Source: Parasynechococcus marenigrum WH 8102 | Lineage (GTDB): Bacteria > Cyanobacteriota > Cyanobacteriia > PCC-6307 > Cyanobiaceae | DNA: 32,000 nucleotides | NCBI RefSeq assembly: GCF_000195975.1 | Contig: NC_005070.1 | Coordinates: forward strand, 1,560,001 to 1,592,000 | Reading direction: 5' to 3' | Shown here: piece after piece, positions 28,419 through 32,000 of the stretch | How the letters are laid out: each line of letters opens with the position of its first letter | How positions within the stretch are numbered: the first letter of the stretch is position 1 | Translations under genes and position numbers: made by a program | Notes under the pieces: generated by a model | What the model was told of the DNA's origin: nothing | Database searches by the model: none | Seen by the model: the letters and a program-made list of their open reading frames with translations, nothing else

Positions 28419-29411
28419 ATGGCGCTCCAGCCCGGTGTTCTGGCGGTAGCCGCCGCCACCGGGCTGGATTGGTTCCTGGGAGACCCCCGCTGGATGCTGC
28501 ATCCAGTGGTGGTGATGGGCTGGTGGATCCAGGCCCTGCGTCGTGGATTGGAGTCGTGGGCGAGGGACGCCCCCTGGAGACTTCGGATCAGCGGTGGACT
28601 CATCACCGTGGTTCTGGTGGTCAGCAGTGGTCTGCTTGGCTGGGCAATCGAATGGGTCAGCCGCATGGCCGGTGTCATCGGCTGGACTGTTCTGGTGATT
28701 GCCCTGGCCAGTGCTCTGGCGGGTCGCAGCCTTCATGACAGCGTCATGGAGGTGCTTCAGGCCTTGCCGGAACAAGCCACCGATGAACCCACGCTGGCCC
28801 GGCAACAACTCAGTTGGATTGTTGGGCGCGATGTGACCCAACTGCAGCGTGGGGGCATCCTGCGGGCCTGTGCGGAAACCGCTTCCGAAAACGCGGTGGA
28901 CGGGCTGTTCGCCCCGCTGTTCTGGATGGCTGCAGGATGCTTGCTGTGGCGCCTAAACCCCGCGGCGCCAGGCCCCCTGGCACTGGCCTTGATGTTCAAA
29001 GCATCCAGCACCCTCGATTCCATGCTCGGTTACCGCTCAGGCCGGCTGCGTTGGCTCGGGACCGCAGGTGCGCGGCTGGATGATCTGCTCACCTGGCTGC
29101 CCTGCCGTCTGGTGATGGTCAGCCTGCCGCTGGTGAGCGCCCCCTGGCATCGCTGGTTTGCGTTAGTGCAAGCAGCGGAACAGGACGGAGCCCCGGACCC
29201 CTCCCCCAACGCCGGGCGTTCTGAGGCGATCTATGCCCACTGCGCTGGGGTGCGCCTCGGCGGCCGCAACCGCTACGGAGCGACCTGGGTCGAGAAACCC
29301 TTGCTGGCGGCCGATCAACCGGAACCCGACCGACAAGCCATCGATACAATCCTCAATCTGACAATCCGCCTGGAGCTGCTCTGGATCGTGCTGCTGGGAC
29401 TGACTCAGTAG
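28419..29411 (+). CDS. cbiB: Adenosylcobinamide-phosphate synthase CbiB/CobD
   Basis: Motifs 'LDWFLGDPRWMLHPVVVMG', 'SENAVDGLFAPLFW' and 'PNAGRSEA'. Starts 4 nt after the ilvC stop. Confidence 0.9.
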   Translation: MALQPGVLAVAAATGLDWFLGDPRWMLHPVVVMGWWIQALRRGLESWARDAPWRLRISGGLITVVLVVSSGLLGWAIEWVSRMAGVIGWTVLVIALASALAGRSLHDSVMEVLQALPEQATDEPTLARQQLSWIVGRDVTQLQRGGILRACAETASENAVDGLFAPLFWMAAGCLLWRLNPAAPGPLALALMFKASSTLDSMLGYRSGRLRWLGTAGARLDDLLTWLPCRLVMVSLPLVSAPWHRWFALVQAAEQDGAPDPSPNAGRSEAIYAHCAGVRLGGRNRYGATWVEKPLLAADQPEPDRQAIDTILNLTIRLELLWIVLLGLTQ

Positions 29412-30022
29412 GCGCCGCGATCCATCGGCAGCAGCAGCACCCCGAAGGTGCGCAGGATGATGGCCAGGTCCAGGTTGAAGGAGCGTCCCCTGGCGTAGGC
29501 GAGATCCAACTTGACGCGTTTCTTGTAGCTGAGGTTGTTGCGGCCGCTGACCTGCCACAGCCCAGTGAGACCCGGACGGACTGAGGCCACCTCATCCATA
29601 TAAGCGCCGTAGCGTTGCAGTTCCTTGTCCACGATCGGCCGAGGACCCACAACGCTCATCTCTCCGCGGAGCACATTGAGAAATTGAGGCAGCTCATCCA
29701 GGCTGGAACGGCGCAGAAATCGCCCGATGAAGGTGATGCGTGGGTCTCGCTTCAGCTTGAAGTCCCGTTCGTACTCGGCACGCAGCGCCGGATCGTTCTC
29801 CAGCACCTTGGCCAGAACAGCATCCGCATCCGGACGCATTGTGCGGAACTTGATGCAGCCGAAACGCTGGTAACCGCGTCCGACGCGCCGCTGCACATAA
29901 AAGACAGGACCGGGGGAGCTGAGCTTGACCAACAGGGCTAATACCAGCAGGACGGGTGAGCCCAGACCCAGAACAGCCAGAGAAAACAGGACGTCGCCGC
30001 TGCGCTTGATGCCCCGTCCCAT
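29405..30022 (-). CDS. Small phosphoglycosyl (sugar) transferase, PglC/WbaP C-terminal type
   Basis: Motif 'KRSGDVLFSLAVLGLGSPVLLVLALLVKLSSPGPVFYVQRRVGRGYQRFGCIKFRTM...DELPQFLNVLRGEMSVVGPRP'. ATG 30022 fits the family N-terminus. The ORF stays open up to 30349. Confidence 0.85.
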   Translation of the reverse strand: MGRGIKRSGDVLFSLAVLGLGSPVLLVLALLVKLSSPGPVFYVQRRVGRGYQRFGCIKFRTMRPDADAVLAKVLENDPALRAEYERDFKLKRDPRITFIGRFLRRSSLDELPQFLNVLRGEMSVVGPRPIVDKELQRYGAYMDEVASVRPGLTGLWQVSGRNNLSYKKRVKLDLAYARGRSFNLDLAIILRTFGVLLLPMDRGAY

Positions 30023-30194
30023 GCGGCTCTGCTGACGGATCAGCGTCCCGGCTGGCAACAGCGAGGGAGGCGCTGAGATCACTGCCAGATGCGGCTTGTA
30101 GGCGCTTCGACCGATGGCCAGCCCGGCAGCCTGTCGCAAGGAAGGGCGGGAGGCCGTGGCCAAAGGCTCATCTTGCGTCTCGGCATACTCAACG

Positions 30195-31424
30195 TCACAG
30201 CTGCAGGGCTGACATCCCAGCAGGGTCACTCGCTGCAACGGCACAGCGGCTCTGATGGGCGGTCCAGGCCTGCCGGAGGGTTGCCTCAAACCGGGCCTTG
30301 AAGGCTTCAGGTCGGAACCGCTCGGCCCACTGCCGGATCTCAGCGGCATCCAGCTGCCGCCAGATCCGCTTCTGTTCGAACCAGCTCACCGCCTCCACCA
30401 GCGACCCGACGCTCTGATGAGGGAACAGCACACCCGTGGCCTGATCGAGACCAGTTGTGGCGCAGCGCACTGTGTCCAGCAGGCCACCACGGCCGAGTCC
30501 AATCACCGGGGCTCCAGCTGCCATCGCCTCAACCGGGGCGATACCGAAATCCTCCAGACCCGCATACACAAACGCCCGACAGGAGGACATCAGCGCTTCC
30601 ACCTGCTCTTGGCTTTGGCGCCCCAACAAGGTGACCGTGGAACCGGCCAAGGCTTCCAGCCGCCGTCGCTCGGGGCCGTCACCCACCACCACCAACGGCA
30701 GACCCAGGCGATTGAAGGCTTCCACCACCAGATCCACCCGCTTGTACGGCACCAGGCGGCAGAGGCAGAGATAGATGTCGTCGCGCGGCGCATCCCAGCG
30801 GAAGCGCTCCACATCAACCGGTGGGTGCAATACCTGGGCCTGACGTCCCCAGAACTTCTGAATGCGCCGGGCGGTGAAGCGGGAATTTGCCAGCAGGTGA
30901 TCGACCCTTTGGGCGCTGAGCTGGTCCCACTGGCGCAGGGCATGCAGCTGCCAGCGGATCAGAGGGCCGAACCCGCTCCGCGCCAACGCTGAACGGCTGA
31001 GGTAATCGTGCATCTGATCCCAGGCGTACCGCACAGGCGTATGCACATAGCTGAGATGCAGCTGATCCGGAGCCGTCAGCACCCCTTTGGCCACAAGATG
31101 ACTGCTGCTGATCACCAGCTCGGCACCACCTAGGTCGATCTGCTCAATCGCCAGGGGCAGCAGCGGCAGATATTGCTGAACGTGGCTGATGCCCCAGGGC
31201 AACTGCTGGATCGGGCTGGTGCGGATGTTGCGCCCTGACAGCCAGCTGCCCGACCGTGATGACTCCCCATCAACCAGCGCCGCCAGTTGCGGCGTGCGAT
31301 CTAGCCCGCACAACAAAGCATCGATCGCCTGCACCACCAGCTCAGCCCCGCCTGTGGATCGCGGTGTAAACCATTCGTGGGCCAGGGCGATGCGCTGGGG
31401 CAGATCCTCCTTTGCTGGAGCCAT
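30195..31424 (-). CDS. Glycosyltransferase, GT4 (Glycos_transf_1) family
   Basis: Motif 'EDFGIAPVEAMAAGAPVIG' (EX7E region) and N-terminal 'IALAHEWFTPRSTGGAE'. ATG 31424 chosen over TTG 31448. Confidence 0.85.
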   Translation of the reverse strand: MAPAKEDLPQRIALAHEWFTPRSTGGAELVVQAIDALLCGLDRTPQLAALVDGESSRSGSWLSGRNIRTSPIQQLPWGISHVQQYLPLLPLAIEQIDLGGAELVISSSHLVAKGVLTAPDQLHLSYVHTPVRYAWDQMHDYLSRSALARSGFGPLIRWQLHALRQWDQLSAQRVDHLLANSRFTARRIQKFWGRQAQVLHPPVDVERFRWDAPRDDIYLCLCRLVPYKRVDLVVEAFNRLGLPLVVVGDGPERRRLEALAGSTVTLLGRQSQEQVEALMSSCRAFVYAGLEDFGIAPVEAMAAGAPVIGLGRGGLLDTVRCATTGLDQATGVLFPHQSVGSLVEAVSWFEQKRIWRQLDAAEIRQWAERFRPEAFKARFEATLRQAWTAHQSRCAVAASDPAGMSALQL

Positions 31425-31500
31425 CGCGCCACTCACCCCCGAACGCAACGAAGTCTCTCAGCCCGTTGCAGGCTCAGCCGCACCTGACGATGCTGGCGTT

Positions 31501-31758
31501 ATGTCGAGCACGAACCTCACTATCAACGGCCTTCTCGAAGAAGCGTTGACTGAACCAGATATCGGAACAACATCCAAGTTCCGATGGCATGCCACAGCTG
31601 TGGGCATTGCAGCCCTGCTCGTTGATGCCGAATCAGCACAGAGTCCGCCCTTTGATGAGGCCCTTAAGGAGGGTTTGCAGGTGGGACTAGACCTCAGCAG
31701 AGAGGAACGTGAATTTCATCAGGTCAAGCAAGGCTTGGTTTTACTCTTCCACTCGTAG
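31501..31758 (+). CDS. Possible small hypothetical protein (85 aa)
   Basis: ATG-initiated tail of a longer shadow ORF, in a region of falling GC. No motif recognised. Confidence 0.3.
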   Translation: MSSTNLTINGLLEEALTEPDIGTTSKFRWHATAVGIAALLVDAESAQSPPFDEALKEGLQVGLDLSREEREFHQVKQGLVLLFHS

Positions 31759-32000
31759 TGGATCAACGCTTGCGCACTTAAATCTCAGCAAAGGTTGACA
31801 GCCAATTCGTCGACCGATCACCAGGCCTATCGTCGAGCAAATCTCGAACCTGGAGAATCAAGAAGCCTGCAATTGAGCTTCCCTGAACAAACAGTAAACT
31901 CCGGGAATAATCGAGAATATGACCTGCAGACCCAAAAACCCAAGACCTTAAAGCTAACACCTCAATATTAATACGATCAAAAACTCAATATTTGTAATTG

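Noticed and set aside
31778-31960. A 60-aa minus-strand ORF with a 'FGSAGHILD' segment faintly reminiscent of sugar O-acyltransferase N-termini
   Set aside because: It is too short, GTG-initiated and in AT-rich sequence, and the resemblance is only a few residues. I cannot support it as a gene or pseudogene without a database search.

Overview
This window is a compact, high-GC chromosomal segment. Its gene content and order look like core genome of a marine Synechococcus-type picocyanobacterium. That assignment is an inference from the following: a ClpR/ClpP pair, Ni-SOD with its SodX protease, a short group-2 sigma factor, a secreted or lumenal pentapeptide-repeat protein, and the order ddl-orf-ftsQ-ftsZ-panB-hemW. 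I call about 37 protein-coding genes and three tRNAs: Leu-CAG, Leu-CAA and His-GUG. All three tRNAs lack an encoded CCA. The genes are almost all housekeeping: mnmA, lnt, trpC, lpdA, murA, argD, folC, miaB, ddl, ftsQ/Z, panB, hemW, clpR/clpP, ilvC and cbiB. I see no rRNA, CRISPR array, transposase, integrase, phage genes or recognisable defence genes. Intergenic space is minimal. Several convergent gene pairs overlap at their 3' ends, several operon junctions are GTGA-type stop/start overlaps, and many genes need GTG or TTG starts. I did not find convincing evidence for a wholly new system, and most of the window is ordinary. The leads I would follow are listed here. (1) A His-rich HupE/UreJ-like permease lies convergent with the sodN-sodX nickel-SOD module. 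(2) An uncharacterised 136-aa membrane protein appears translationally coupled to ftsQ inside the division cluster. (3) A three-gene operon of unassigned function encodes a small membrane protein, a CodA-like amidohydrolase and an FAD oxidoreductase. (4) The only long non-coding stretch, upstream of the sigma factor, carries phased short repeats. (5) Base composition drops abruptly next to two glycosylation genes at the right edge, which may be an island boundary. The many long ORFs antisense to real genes are treated as high-GC shadow ORFs.
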